Below, one piece after another: positions 1-13,182 of a stretch of 64,000 nucleotides of DNA. A program made the translations under genes and the position numbers. How positions within the stretch are numbered: position 1 is the stretch's first letter; each line of letters starts with the position of its first letter. The DNA comes from Leucoraja erinacea (lineage: Eukaryota): positions 12,214,001 through 12,278,000 of the forward strand of contig NC_073409.1 in assembly GCF_028641065.1 (NCBI RefSeq), in the 5' to 3' direction. The notes beneath the pieces were generated by a model. The model saw only the letters and a list, made by a program, of their open reading frames with translations, ran no database searches and had not been told where the DNA came from.

Positions 1-279
1 CCTGGCCCACCAAAGTCCATCAGCAGCTCCCTTTCTGGTTTTATATTCCTTATTAGAGTTCAAAGTAATGAACAATTACCTTATTCAGCCATAAGATCTT
101 AAGAAAACATGACAGAGAAGATGTTTACATATTTTCATTAGTGGGGAAACAAGGCAAAATGGGATGTAGGTACAAAAAATGATAGTGGTTATTTAAAACT
201 GAGATGTGTAGAAATTTCTTCTCTCAGAGCATTGGGAATCTCTCAAATTCTCCAATCTTCCAAGAGTATTGGAGGCCAA

Positions 280-400
280 ATCTATCTACATCTTTCTACA
301 AGATAGAAAGATATCTACCTACATCTTTCTGCAAGATAGAACAATCTATCTACCCACATCTTTCTACATGATAGATAGAAAGAGATATCCACCTACATCT
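280..400. repeat. Degenerate ~33-bp tandem repeat (ATCTA(C/T)CTACATCTTTCT-CAAGATAGA-like), 3-4 units, inside a CR1-like remnant
   Basis: Repeated TCTACATCTTTCT..AGATAG motif is visible directly; it accounts for the repetitive ORF 269..484. Confidence 0.6.
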
Positions 401-2929
401 GGCTCTATCCATCTTGCTCTCTCTCCTACCCACATCTGTCTGCACCTTTTATATCTTTTGCTATCAGTATCTTACCTTTCCTGACTTTCTATCTTACATA
501 TCTATTTAAAATAGAGAGGCAAATATTTAAAAGATCGAGAAATTGAGGGTTATAAAGAACTAGCACAGAAGAGTTGAGGATAGCTTAGATCAGCCACAAT
601 CATATTGAATTCAAGGCCAGAGGGGCCCACTTCTACTCCGATTTTCTTGTATTTGTGTGCATCTCATAATTATAATCCCTTTTCATTCATTCCTATTGCT
701 CATCCCACCATGGCCCATTAGAACAAAGCTATTTACAAATAAGAGAATGGCCATTCATGTACTCATTAAATGTTTCCAAGCCGGACCAAGTTTGCTACGA
801 CTACGACAATAACCAAAGAGCAGCCTTGATTGCTTTCCATCACTTGGGTTATTTCTCCAAGCAATTCCACACAATAATCTTTAATAGTAACCTTTTCAAT
901 ATTAGCCTTAATTCCTCCTCCCTCCTCACCACTCCCAGCGAGTAACATTTCCAGATATGCTCTGCAAAGATGGCAAAGTATAAGCAGAGAACTCAAACTA
1001 ATATTTCTTCTTTAAATGCGGCACACATTTTTTGAAATAATAAGTCTGTAAACAGAAACTCAATAATCAGGGCCTGCAAGTTAAGAGGATGATTCCACAT
1101 CTTTATTGCTAGTATCTAGAATACATTTATTTTTCAATCATATCAAACCAAGTAAAATCTATTTTTCAAATGATATATCACAGGTTTAAAAAAATCAAAA
1201 TAAGCCCTGGAATCGCAGGGTCCTCATTGACACACCCAATACTGATAGGCTTGCAACACACTTCGCAATCATAGTTCAGGAACTCAAACATTTGGCTTTG
1301 TTGTTGCCATGCTGAGTGAGACACACAGGTTTAAGATAGCCAGTGTAAAGAACAAGGTGGATGCACCCTTTTCTGGTGCTGAAAATGGGAAGATGAATGC
1401 AGCTTTCAGTGTGGTTCAACGTAGAATGAACTACACTCTACTTGAAGTGCTGTTGTGCAACCAATTTAGCTGGTAGACAGTGAAAAAGATTCAAGAACAT
1501 GATCAAAACCTCTGAAAAGCGTGCAACATTCCCATCTCCCGGGAATCCCTGGCCCATGACAGTTCGAAATGGGGGACGGAACATTCAGATCTTGATGGAA
1601 TGCTTCAAGAACACATGGACGTCCTATATGTAACAAACCAGTGTGCAAATTACCCAGCCACCTGCCCTGGCAGACTATTCATGCCCCACCTGTGGAAGAT
1701 TCTGCAGCTCTCACAATTGCTCATCAGCCAGCTCAGAACCTACAACAGCAACAAAAATGTAATAGAAACAAGTCATCCTCATTTTCATGGGGCTGCTCAA
1801 AGAGGAATGAAAACATGAAAAAAAACTACAATTACCTGGCTCTTTTAGTAGTGTTGGGATATTTTACTACATTTCGGGGTTATTTACATATTGCATACAA
1901 GTAATTGGTGCTAGAAAATATTCTAGATTACTTCATGGCTGTGTTATAAAATAAAATTTAAAAAAAGGACTATGCCACACACATCTTATCACACATGGCC
2001 AAACAGATGGTTAAAAGAACCAAATGTTAAAAACAATTGAGGCAATTTCAGAAAGCTAGTTGCAAGCAGCTATTGGCATGGCCAAAAGATGCAGAAGGCC
2101 AGAATTAGAAACACAGAAACCTTGAATGACTGTGATGTTGGATAAACACGAGGTAACTTAGTTATGCTCTTTCATTAGATCAGGCTAATAAAGCCAAAGC
2201 AGAATTTAAAAAAAGTCAAAGCAGCCCCAAACAAATAAATGACAACTGCTGTAAGAAATATGGAACACAGCAACAAAATACTTTGTTTTACACAAGTATC
2301 ACATTAAAGTTTTCATGAAAGTTAAATTACTGGAAAATGAAAGGTAATGATGTGATGAAATGAAACAAAGCTTTATGGATAAGTTGTCTATCGGTCATCA
2401 GTACAAAACTGTTCAAAATATTCAGTCAGGAAGGAGACCTCTCAGCCCACTACTGTCGGGGTGGGTGGGGGGAGGATGGCAGATGGACGGATAGAGATGG
2501 TAAGATCTGTAGCCACTTGTGCCGCAATTCCGGTCACAAATAGGCAACACAGCAGAAATGGGCTGCTGTTGGACGAAGAACGCGAACTACCTACAGTTGT
2601 GAAGTTACACCATAAGCAGCGAAGACTTCTTTATACCCAGATGGAAGATGAGGTTCTGCCTCGACTTCCCTCTTAGAAAGGAACTGGCAGACCACCACAA
2701 CGTGGGGCCAAAAGCAAGCTCACCTCCTCTCTAACCTTTCTGCTATAAATCCCTGCACCGCCAAACTACAATCTCCCCCCGACACACTTTCTGATCTCAC
2801 AACACCCTCACAAAGTTACTAGGCTAAAATGAAAGGAAATTTACTATGAGAGACATTTCTCCGGAAAACTGGGAGACCACAATATTTTAATGCACAAGTC
2901 AGCTACTTTTCCCCCTCCCCTCGACATCT

Positions 2930-3090
2930 TTAAACGGTTCACGGCCTCACCCGGTTTCCGGGACTTTAAGTTTAACGCCGCCGCGGAAAACCTTCACTTT
3001 CCTCTCAACAACCAAAGCGCGCCTTCTGCAGGCGGCCAATCAGAGCCCACGATCTTCCTTACCGTAGGACGCAGCCAATAAGGTTGAACG
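2930..3090 (-). promoter_or_regulatory. CpG-rich promoter and probable non-coding first exon of a minus-strand gene (possibly TIPIN by synteny)
   Basis: Local CpG cluster, two CCAAT boxes (GCCAATCAG ~3034, GCCAATAAG ~3074), E2F-like TTTTCCGCGG (2981-2990, -), ETS-like CCGGAAA and a minus-strand donor G|GTGAG at ~2950. No coding exon is seen in the window, so the gene identity is inferred. Confidence 0.45.
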
Positions 3091-3104
3091 TTACATAAAT
3101 GAAC

Positions 3105-3129
3105 AAGAAGAAGAAGAAGAAGAAGAAGA
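3105..3129. repeat. (GAA)n microsatellite
   Basis: Direct reading. Confidence 0.9.
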
Positions 3130-3202
3130 ATCGCTTTGTGAACTAAATCTCAGGTCTATGAACTTTGCTGTGAACTTCTCAACCGATGAATTCCCACCAA
3201 GT

Positions 3203-3650
3203 CCTCCTCACACACCTCCATATCAGGCCTCTCCTCACACACCTCCATGTCAGGCCTCTCCTCACTCACCTCCGTGTCAGGCCTCTCCTCACTCACCTCC
3301 ATGTCAGGCCTCTCCTCACTCACCTCCATGTCAGGCCTCTCCTCACTCACCTCCATGTCAGGCCTCTCCTCACTCACCTCCATGTCAGGCCTCTCCTCAC
3401 ACACCACCATGTCAGGCTTCTCCTCACTCACCTCCATGTCAGGCCTCTCCTCACACACCTCCGTGTCAGGCCTCTCCTCACACACCTCCGTGTCAGGCCT
3501 CTCCTCACTCACCTCCATGTCAGGCCTCTCCTCACACACCTCCATGTCAGGCCTCTCCTCACTCACCTCCATGTCAGGCCTCTCCTCACACACCTCCATG
3601 TCAGGCCTCTCCTCACACACCTCCATGTCAGGCTTCTCCTCACTCACCTC
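3203..3650. repeat. 27-bp minisatellite, ~16.5 units (CTCCTCAC[T/A]CACCTCC[A/G]TGTCAGGC[C/T]T)
   Basis: Nearly identical head-to-tail units with no spacers; gives 9-aa periodic ORFs in several frames. Confidence 0.95.
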
Positions 3651-3786
3651 AATGGACGGCAAGTTTGATCCACTTCCTTTCCGAGCTTCCTACTTTTTTT
3701 AGTAGTTCTATTTATTACACATGAGCTTTATTCTTTCTATTTTACATTTTATTGATTGTGTAATATCTGTCAACTTATAAGAGTAG

Positions 3787-3983
3787 ATAGACACAAAAAG
3801 CTGGAGTAACTCAGCAGGACAGGCAGCATCATTGCAGACGTTTCGGGTCGAGATTCGAGACTCGATCCTCTCCAGAGATGCTGCCTGTCCCGCTGAGTTA
3901 CTCCAGGTTTTTGTGTCTACGGTTTAAACCAAAGAGCCTATATCTTTGGTTTAAACTAGTATCTGCAGTACCTTCCAACACAC
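3787..3983. mobile_element. Short fold-back Penelope-derived insert
   Basis: Inverted arms GACACAAAAAGCTGGAGTAACTCAGC..GCTGAGTTACTCCAGGTTTTTGTGTC, flanked by CTTATAAGAGTAG (3774) and CTTATATGAGTAG (3984). Confidence 0.7.
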
Positions 3984-4120
3984 CTTATATGAGTAGCTCC
4001 CTTCACCTGGCTCCGTTGTCTCTGTACTGTACACTGACAATGACAATTAAAATTGAAATTAAATTGAATCTGAATCCATCTGTTTTTTTCCCTGCCTCTG
4101 TTTGTCAGTCACCTGCCTCT

Positions 4121-5170
4121 ATAGGGTTGTCAACTGTCCCGTGTTAGCCAGGACATCCCATATATTGGGCTAAATTGGTTTGTCCCATATGTAGCAATGT
4201 TACAAATTTTGGAGATTTAAAAAATCAAGTCTGCAATTTATCCCATCAGATAAAGCATAAGAGGAAGTTTAATTTGACACCGAATTCACTTTCATATCTT
4301 CAGTATTAAAAAAGTTATGGCCATTTTCATACTCGGAAATTAGCATCTTGTTCCCTATTGCTTTTCCATTGACTTAACACAAAAGCTGTGATCAAGGACA
4401 ATCAAAAGCCCATAACTTTCTTAAAAATTAAGAGAACTGAAAGAAATGTTCAGTTATTGTAGATTGAAGCATTCTGAAACAAATATTAAACAATCTTACT
4501 TGGATGACCTGAAATTAAAGCATATAATTAGTTAGTTATCCAATTGTAGCTAATTACAAAATGCAATTACCAGATCTAAACATCTATCCATTTCTTAAGA
4601 AAAGATTAACATTTTAAAATAGCTTAAGTGTCCAAATAACATTCACACAAGAATTCACAATATAACATGATTTTAAAATCTCATTGTCATTAATTTATAG
4701 GCCAAATGGACGGAATTTATTTAGTGTTTAATTCCTGTAAATTAATGGCCATTTAAATCATCTTGCAAGTGGGATTTTGTGGAACGCGATGGTTTGGAAC
4801 GTTGCGGTTGCAGTGAATTTGAACCCCATGTCGGCAGGAAAAATACTGCCGGTTCGGATGGGCCCCAAGTCACGCAGCTTAAAATTTTGATTAAAGGCAT
4901 CTTAAGAAGCACTATTTTATGTAAAAATAAACGGCGTACCTTGCCTTGTCCCTACGTGAGATCCGTCCCATTGTCAGCGCTCACGGTTTTAGAAGATGAT
5001 TTTTAATTTACTCTAACAATTAAATTATCCAGCGATATTAAAAAATAACTGCAGAGAACGAATGTCGGAGCGATTTTTCTTTAGCAACTAAACAGGCTGA
5101 CCAACATCAATTTGAACAGCCTGGAGAAAACGGCATTTTAAACCCGCCCCCCTCTCAAAGGCGCCAAAAA
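4121..5170. mobile_element. Probable non-autonomous DNA-transposon fragments (composite)
   Basis: Starts with a hAT-MITE-like end TAGGGTTGTCAACTGTCCC, followed by an AT-rich block with an inverted AAAGTTATGG/CCATAACTTT pair. Family not determined. Confidence 0.35.
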
Positions 5171-5768
5171 AGAATTCATGAGTCAGTTGGGATTTTTATT
5201 TCACCAAGTGTTTGAGAATCTCCTTGAAGTGTTTCCCCTGTCCTCCAGGTAACATTTTACTGTGGTTGAACTTGGAGTTGGATGTTTTGGGAGTGTGAAT
5301 TATGTCATTTCTCCATTTAAACCAGCTGTGTGGAATACGTACCACAATGCTTGGAGATGTTAGTCTGGGCAAGGACACATATTTGTTCACATCCTATCAG
5401 TGGATTTTGAGGGTGTCTGCAATAATAGAATAGATAGCCAGTGCCATAGGTTTTCCCCATCTATAAAGCATTCAGAAGGGTAGATATCGCCACTGCCTAG
5501 TGTTTGATGCTCAGCTAGAGTACTTTACATCTTTAAGCACTCTTTTCCTCAAATGGGTAAAATCTGTGCTGGCACACTAGAGACAATGGTGATTTCTGTT
5601 TTCACCGAGAGCTGCCTCGATGTTCCAATGTGCTTAGTGAGTGTGTTACCAGACAACCCTCTTTAGGAGATACCAAATGTGGATTACTGTAGATATTGCT
5701 GAAAGAAAAGTTCAACAGAGAAAGGGGAGCAGGAGATGGGTGCTATCTATAACTGCTCCACTTTATTG

Positions 5769-5861
5769 AGTCAGAAGCAGGGTCTCGACCCGAAATGTCA
5801 CCCAATCCTCTCCAGAAATGCTGCCTGACCCGCTGAGCTACTCCACCTTTTTGTGTTTATA
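5769..5861 (+). mobile_element. Short Penelope-derived insert with degenerate hammerhead motif
   Basis: CAGAAGCAGGGTCTCGACCCGAAATGTC followed by the GATGCTGCCTGACCCGCTGAG-type module; flanked by (C/T)ACTTTATTG direct repeats. Confidence 0.65.
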
Positions 5862-6424
5862 TCTACTTTATTGTCTCCATTGTATTTATCATTCCTAGTT
5901 TTGATGCTGAAGCAAAATTAATAATATTTTCTTTTCTTCCTCTATACTGCTTCTGAATGCAATTGTTATCAGCCCATGCATTTTTATTATTGTCAGGCCC
6001 TGTGGCCGTGGATGTAAAATGTTTTACAGATTTATTGGAATTAGAAACTGTCTGACCAACTTTTATTTCTCATTTATCAGTAAAAGATTGCTGCATCATT
6101 GTAACGTCACAATGCTTCAAAAGTAACCTTGTCCCAATTAATCTGTTCAGATATAAAATAAAACAGTGCCAATCTTAAATAAAATAGAAAAGGCTGGAAA
6201 TCAGCCCAGCTATCACCTCTTTCCATCATGAGTATTGAATGACAGCTTTTGTCTTAATTAGTTGAAGTGGATTTCATGGCACTAAATGACATATAAATTA
6301 GTTTGGAAAGGATTGAATCTAAAGAAAAGTAAGCTGATAAAAGTAGACACATTTTCTTTGAAATTATTTAAAAATATACATTTAGAATTAATTATTAAAT
6401 ATAATAAACAAAATATGGGAATTA

Positions 6425-7140
6425 AAGATACAAGATACAAGATACAAGATACATTTAATTGTCATTTGGACCCCTTGAGGTCCAAACGAAATGCCGTTTC
6501 TGCAGCCATACATTACAAACACATAGACCCAAGACACAACATAATTTACATAAACATCCATCACATTGCTGTGATGGAAGGCCAAAAAAACTTATCTCTC
6601 CACTGCACTCTCCCCCCCCCCCCCATGTCAGAGTCAAAGTCAAAGCCCCCGGCTGGCGATGGCGATTGTCCCGCGGCCATTAAAGCCACGCCGGGTAGTG
6701 CAAGGTCGCACACCGGGTCTTGGTGTTAGAGCCCCCGGCGTGCGCTCGCAGAGTCCCGCGGCCATTCCAAGCCGCGCGGGGCGGTGATGTCAGGCCCCGC
6801 TCCAGGAGCTCTTCGACCCCGCAACTCGGGCGGGGGAAGTCGCCGTTGCGAGAGCCCTGAAAAGCGGTCTCCCTCCAGGGAGCCGCGGGCTCCCGGTGCC
6901 GCCGTCCACAGTCCTGCCGTTGGAGCCTCCGACTCTCTGGTCGGGCCACAGCAGCAGCAGCGCTCCTCCACCGCTCCACCCGCTCCGGACTCGGCCAGCC
7001 CCGCGACGGCGACGGTGAGTTGTAGCACCAGAGTCCCCGGCTTCTTCCTGTTGGAGGCCGCTCCTCATTGCGGCCCCAACGACAACGGAAACCCGACGAG
7101 AAAAGGTCGGGTCTCCAGTGCAGGGAGAGATTTAAAAAAA
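6425..7140 (-). mobile_element. GC-rich SINE-like or non-autonomous retroposon with (TATCTTG)n 3' tail
   Basis: (AAGATAC)n array at 6425-6452, hairpin CCATCACATTGCTGTGATGG and a CpG-rich body. Related tails occur at 12351-12600 and 53540-53845. Confidence 0.6.
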
Positions 7141-7324
7141 CAACAGCCCCTCCCTAGTCCGCGTGACCGCGGCTTCCGAACGCCGAGTTCGATATCTGCG
7201 TGCGCTAGCAGGCGCAGCTACAACATAATTAAAATTGGAAGAGATTTGGGAGGAAAGAAATTAATAACATTTGTGTACCACTTGGGTAGGTATAAATAGA
7301 GTAAATAGGACTGAATTAACAGTT

Positions 7325-7616
7325 TGGAGATACAGCGCAGAAACAGGCCCATTGGCTCACCAAATCCATGCCAACCAGTGATCCCCACATATTAACTATC
7401 CTACACACAAGGAATAATTTACAATTTTTCCAAGCCAATTAACCTACAAACCTGCATGTCTTTGGAGTGTAGGAGGAAACCGGAGCTCCCAGGGAAAACC
7501 CACGCAGGTCACGGGGAGAACGTACAAACTCTGTACAGACAAGCAGCCGAGGTCCGGACCGAACGCGGGTCTCTGGCGCTGTAAGTCAGCAACTGTACCA
7601 CTACACCACCGTGCCG
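7325..7616 (-). mobile_element. V-SINE (elasmobranch HE1-like), tRNA-derived
   Basis: Minus strand reads GGCACGGTGGTGTAGTGG (A box)..GTTCGGTCC (B box), V-core GTTTGTACGTTCTCCCCGTG..GGTTTCCTCC, and a LINE-like tail. Confidence 0.85.
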
Positions 7617-10600
7617 TTGAGATTATGTTGTGAAGTATACATTTAGAAATACAAAGAGTTAGGAATCCAATGATGTTACAGTTGGATGACATTAAATCTG
7701 AGTCTCTTTCAATTTGAATTCATTCAATAAAATAGAAAGGGGTGAAACGTTTTTGCAAGCAGAAAGAGAAGCAAAGAGGAAGAAAAGGGCTACTTTTAAT
7801 GTTGTTTCTGCCTCTTATACGCCTGGAGCAATTATTACTATTTTAATAATAGGCAAGAGAAAAAATCCAAAAGGTTGTGGTGGATCATTTGACAATTGTC
7901 ACAACGAGAAGCTGGAAAAATATTAAATGAAAGCAGCGAACATGAGAGAGATGAATCCCAAGCTAAAATTAAAGCTACAAGTGATTGCTTTTGAAAGTTT
8001 GAAATTGTATTGTTAAAGAGGCTGCAGATTTATGTAAATTAATTAAAATGTTTCAGATCGTCAGCAGAAAACAGTTTATTTAAAGAGCAGTTATGAAATG
8101 CAATATTCAACCCTCAATTGATGCTTCTGTTTAATTTTAGTGCTATGTATAAAAATAACTTTGCCTTTAGAGACAGTTACAATGGGAGGTTGTGTGGGGA
8201 TTGTGACTGGAGGTTGATAGTGACAGCAATACCCCCTGGAGACCGGAGAGCATTGAAAAGGAAGGAATAAATCTGTTACTTATTGATTTTTCATATGGTG
8301 ACACTTTTATGGGTCACATGCATGTCTAAACTTGTGACGTAGGTTGTGTGCACAGTTGTAGGAGTTTTAAAAAGATAACTATAGATTATCTGCTTTACAG
8401 GGATAATAAGGTAGAAAGGAGATGGGCAGGAAGAATAGTGATCTTTTATTGGTGAACTCTGACATCTTGGCACAAACTGAGTGATAGGATGTCAACCATC
8501 CACTTTAATTTTGTCTGATTGGAAAGGAAATTTAGTTTTGTGTGACACTGCAGCTGATTTGCAATCACCCAGTTACTGCCCAAGGACCAATTCATCTCAT
8601 CTATGCTATTTTTAGAATATAAAATTACTGGTTTAATTAGGTGTATCCTCAGTGTATTGATTACTGAAACGTCCTGCGGAGTTTATTTTGATGCAAAAAC
8701 TATTTATTTGAAAATTAACAAGCAATTTTGCTGATCTTCCAGGTCAGCATTGCCCAGGAGTTCAGAGAACAACAGGTCACATTTCAATAAATTTGACTCA
8801 TTCACTGATATCTGAACTTAGCCTGTTTCAAACTAAAACTCTAGAACAAAACCATTGTTGCACAAAGCTGAGTGATAAATTATTAATTATGTTGGAGCAA
8901 AGAAATCCTTTTAAAACGTCGACGATTAGCCTGACCAATCTAGGCAAAATTCCAAACACTTATTCATTTTGTTTAACAGGACAGATGTATTCATTCTGTT
9001 TTCAAGCAGACCAGCAGAACTATCTATTTCCAACATTTTGATTGGGGCTAAATGCAAGCTGCTAACTCAGTCTGAAATTTTGGCAGAGATGTTTTCACCA
9101 AATGTTTGTGCTGGTTCATTCTGATACAGATCCTGTACAATATGATCTGGGTTTATCTGTTATCATGCAACAACTGTCTCTATGCCAGGATTGATAATTA
9201 ACCTTAAAACACAAACATGTTCAGTCTCAGGAAACCTGCCAGTGCTTGCCAGATTCCTCCCAGTGGCAGTTTGATATACTGAACATATGAATACTCCCTT
9301 AATGGATCAGGTTGCATTCATGAGCAATATCTCATTTGGAGAGAATGTTTCTCAGATGGGATTCGAACTGTGCTCTGCTCAGTATGGAATAGCACTCTCC
9401 ATTAATCAAAACCTGCTAAAAGCATGAAAACATGGCGGACACGACGTGTGAATACATAGCTCTGAAGAAATGGTTTCTTCAATTTGTCAGAACTTTTAAA
9501 ACAACTTGCATTAATGTAGCACCTGTAATTTAGTCAAATTGCAGCAGTTCTCTGGGGCAAATTACAGCGTGACCTCCCTCTCATTTGTACACTATGCGAA
9601 CATGGAAATACATTGCCACTGCACGATCAAAGTGCTGCGACTGCCTAGGTTACAGCACCATAGTAGTACTACTCGTTTTCCCCCTCCCCTGACCCACAGT
9701 ATGATGAAGGGTCTTGTCCCGAATGGTCACCAATTCCTTTTCTCCAGAGATGCCGCATGATCTGCTGAGTTACTGAAGAATTCTGTGTCCATCTTCACTA
9801 TAAACGAGCAACTACAGTTCCTTCTTACAAATAGAACAGTATAGGACAGGAACAGGCCCTTCACTCCACAATATCTGTGTTGATGCCAGGTTAAACTAAT
9901 CTCTGCAGGCAATGGCCTATCAGACAGCCTCTGAAATGCCATCACATCTGCCTCCACCACCACCCCAGGCAGCACGTTCTGAGTAAAATAACTTGTCCCA
10001 CACATCATCTTAAAGCTATGCTCTCTGGATTTGGCTCCCTCAATTTCATCAAATTCCTCTCAGCCTTTGGGCTATCCTGGTAAATTTCTTCTGCATACTG
10101 TCTGCACTCTCTCCAATGCTTGTCATCCTTCCCAAATTGTTGTGCCAAGAACTGAACACAGAGCAGCCCAACCAATTATTGATTTTGTACATTGTGGCTT
10201 TATTTATAAACCCGAAGATCAAATATACTCTACAGACAACCAAAGGATTAGTTTATTTTGGCATCATGTTCGACACAGATATCATATGCAGAGGGGCTTT
10301 TTCCTATAGAAACAAGGAACTGCAGATGATGGTTTACAAAAAAAAATAAAGTGGTGGAGTAACTCAGTGGATCAGACGGCCTGCTCCTGTGCTATGCATT
10401 GTTCTCTTCTTCTTTAACATGTTGCCTCTTGTCATTCTTTTGATCCAACTGTACAATTTCACACTTTTTAACGTTAAATTCTATCTGCCGTATGTAAACT
10501 CTTTGTTTAGTATAGAAATATTAATACTCTTAGTTTGATTTTGAGTCATCAGCAAATGTTAAAACCATGCCCTTTAAAGCCAACTACTGATCATTAATAA

Positions 10601-11689
10601 ACACAAAAGGGCATGGTTCCCAGTCTGATCCTCCCCTTTCCTGCCATTATCAGTCTTGATGGGAGCAGGTTTGCAGCACCCTTGGCTGGGAAATAGCATG
10701 TTCTTGAGTATCTGGTTTGTTAGTAAGAGGGCCTTAAAGTTATATAATAGGTTGAGGAGCACTTAATAATAATGTTTCTAAGTGAAGCTTATTCCAGGGG
10801 CGATAATTCCAGGCACAAACAATGCCTGTATAATCAATCAAAGTAGTGTCAAAGTACAAGAATCATTGAGTGTTAATGTTTTGGTTGCCATAGTTACCCA
10901 AGCACACTGCAGCAGTAGGAGAGTAAAGTGCTATTTATTATCAGTGACAACCGCTGTGTTTTTGTGAAATATTAATCTATTCTCTTTGTGCCTATACCAC
11001 TGTTTATTTTAATGTATTCCCAGGGAATAGGAATCAGTTGTATCGCTTACTTGTTTTTAAATGTTATCATCTCCTCAGCTATAGACATCTCTCTCTTTTG
11101 CTCAGGCTCTCAGATCACCCACAGAATCTTTATCCAAATTCTGATGCCCATATCTAGTACTCAGTCGTGTTTGCCCATTGACCTTCTGCTTGTCTCCTAA
11201 TCCAGCAATGTCTTCGATTAAAGTTCTCATGCCTTGTTCAAATCTCTCTGGCTGGAGCTCGCCTTTTCTCCATGACATCCTGTAATTCTACACCCCGTCA
11301 AGATCCCAACACCTTTCTCTTTGTGATTACTTCTGCAACCATTAATGATTTTAGTTACCGTTGGTGGCCAAACCTTCAGTTGTCTTGGCCATTTGTCATT
11401 TTTTTTTAATTTTGTTCATGGTTTTATTGGAGCCAGTTATAGTTCTAAACTGAATGTACATTTTTAATGCACTTTATAAGCCCCATTTTTTGTCTCGGGT
11501 TGACATTCACTAGCACAAAATATAATCATCAACAATACTTGTTACTTGTTCCTGTAGATTGGAATACCCATTGCTAGACCGATTGATGTCTGCTGTTGGA
11601 ATTTGCAAGGTTGAAGAATATCCTAACTCCACAGCAGCACCATGTTGCGGTAAATGATAGCGGGGAACTCACCAGGTAAGGCAATACCT

Positions 11690-12200
11690 GTGGAAGGACT
11701 GAACAGACGATATTTTGGGTCTAGACACTTTTTTATTGTCGGGGTCCCACCTTGATCAATTGGCAATGTTGTCGCAGATCTCGTCATGGGGGTGGTCGAA
11801 ATCACGTTGATCCAGCAGTGAGGCCTTCTGCCTGGGGGCGGATGACAGCATCAGTGGGAGGGTCCCATCTGGAGACGGGCGAGCTTGCAAACCCTGGTGG
11901 ATGTCAAGTAAATGAAGAAATACTGGTTTAAGTGTGGAACCAGCGGGGGAAGAAAAGGAGCAGAGGTCCATGGCACTTCTGGAAGCGTGAGGCCTGGAAC
12001 ACTGGGAGTGGCTGATGGAGGAGCAGAAAGTACTGGCGCATGGCGAAGAGTATAGAATGCAGTGCAAGGAGGAAGAACACTTGCAAGAAGTGGTGTATTA
12101 AGTTAGGTACCTTAGATCCTGGTTGGGTCTGAAATGGGAGCCCATGGAATTGGAGCTGGTCCCCCAACGTAACCTGTTCCCCAAAGTAAGATTCCACCAC
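11690..12200 (-). mobile_element. Decayed Penelope-like element, N-terminal ORF region
   Basis: Translation NLIHHF..ALHSILFAMRQY..CHGPLLLF resembles my recollection of elasmobranch PLE ORF starts; adjacent to a PLE terminal-like motif. Not confirmed by search. Confidence 0.4.
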
Positions 12201-12350
12201 TGCCCTACCTCTTCCAGCACTGGACTAAAAAAAATTCAATTGCACTTCCCCTGCCTCCGCCAGCAATTCCAATTCCAATTCCACTTCCCCTGGCCCCACC
12301 CCCTCCCGTGCTGGTAGGAGTAAGTGTTCTATGATGGCAACATTGTTGCT

Positions 12351-12605
12351 ATAATACAATACAATACAATACAGTTTTATTCGTCACATTGCACATAAAG
12401 TGCAAGTGAAATGAATTTGCCAGCAGTGGTACAATGATAAAGAACACACAAATACACAATAAAAAAATTTAACACAAACAATCCACCACAGCATTCATCA
12501 CTGTGGTGGAAGGCAGAAAAATTGGCCAGTCCTCCTCCACTTTCCCCCGTGGTTGGGACCTCAACCCTCCGCAGTCGTCGCTGCGGGCGTCCAGATGTGC
12601 AGACA
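12351..12605 (-). mobile_element. Truncated retroposon 3' end with (TATTG)n tail
   Basis: (AATAC)n array and hairpin CCACCACAG..CTGTGGTGG, same layout as the 6425 element. Confidence 0.55.
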
Positions 12606-12715
12606 AGGTAAAAAGTTGGATGCAGTGGCAGAAATCGCTTTTAAAACATGGGGGGGGGGGGACATTGAGGCCTAACATCTACGACAGGGGTTTTTGCAAC
12701 CTACGGAAGACGGGG

Positions 12716-12727
12716 GAGAGAGAGAGC

Positions 12728-12767
<40 letters not shown>
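12716..12767. repeat. (GA)n microsatellite
   Basis: Direct reading. Confidence 0.9.
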
Positions 12768-13182
12768 ACATTTCATAAATATTTGAATGTCTGTAATATG
12801 CTTTGGCTTGGCTCAAATCATAAAAGGAGAAATAAAAATGTGTCTATTGCATTCAATTTTTATTATTGTATTTTTTATTTTCTTTGTACGAGGAACCTGT
12901 GCCAACTTGACATGTCGTTACAGTGACACCCTCCCACTTGTAGAACTGCTATAACCACGACTCCTACTGTGGAGGAGGGGGATGGGTGTTAATTACACTG
13001 CAATGTTCCAATTGCAGTTTCTATTGTAAATGTGGAAGTGCGAAGATAAATTTCACAAGCAGAATGCACAGAATTAAATTCTTTAATATACAATGATTTG
13101 TGTGTCTGCATCTCACTTCAATCTGGCTGAACTTCCCTATTTTGGTAGTGAGATGATGTGAGATTGTATTCCTATGTACTAA

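Noticed and set aside
766-996. Minus-strand ORF with a good acceptor, as a possible TIPIN exon
   Set aside because: No resemblance to TIPIN in any frame I translated; more likely a decayed repeat.
3156-3724. Four long overlapping ORFs (151-188 aa), or a possible CRISPR-like array
   Set aside because: By-product of a 27-bp (multiple of 3) stop-poor minisatellite; there are no unique spacers and the context is eukaryotic.
6286-7299. Several 90-170 aa GC-rich ORFs and an apparent CpG island
   Set aside because: They lie within a retroposon with a tandem-repeat tail; low-complexity translations with no splice or domain support.
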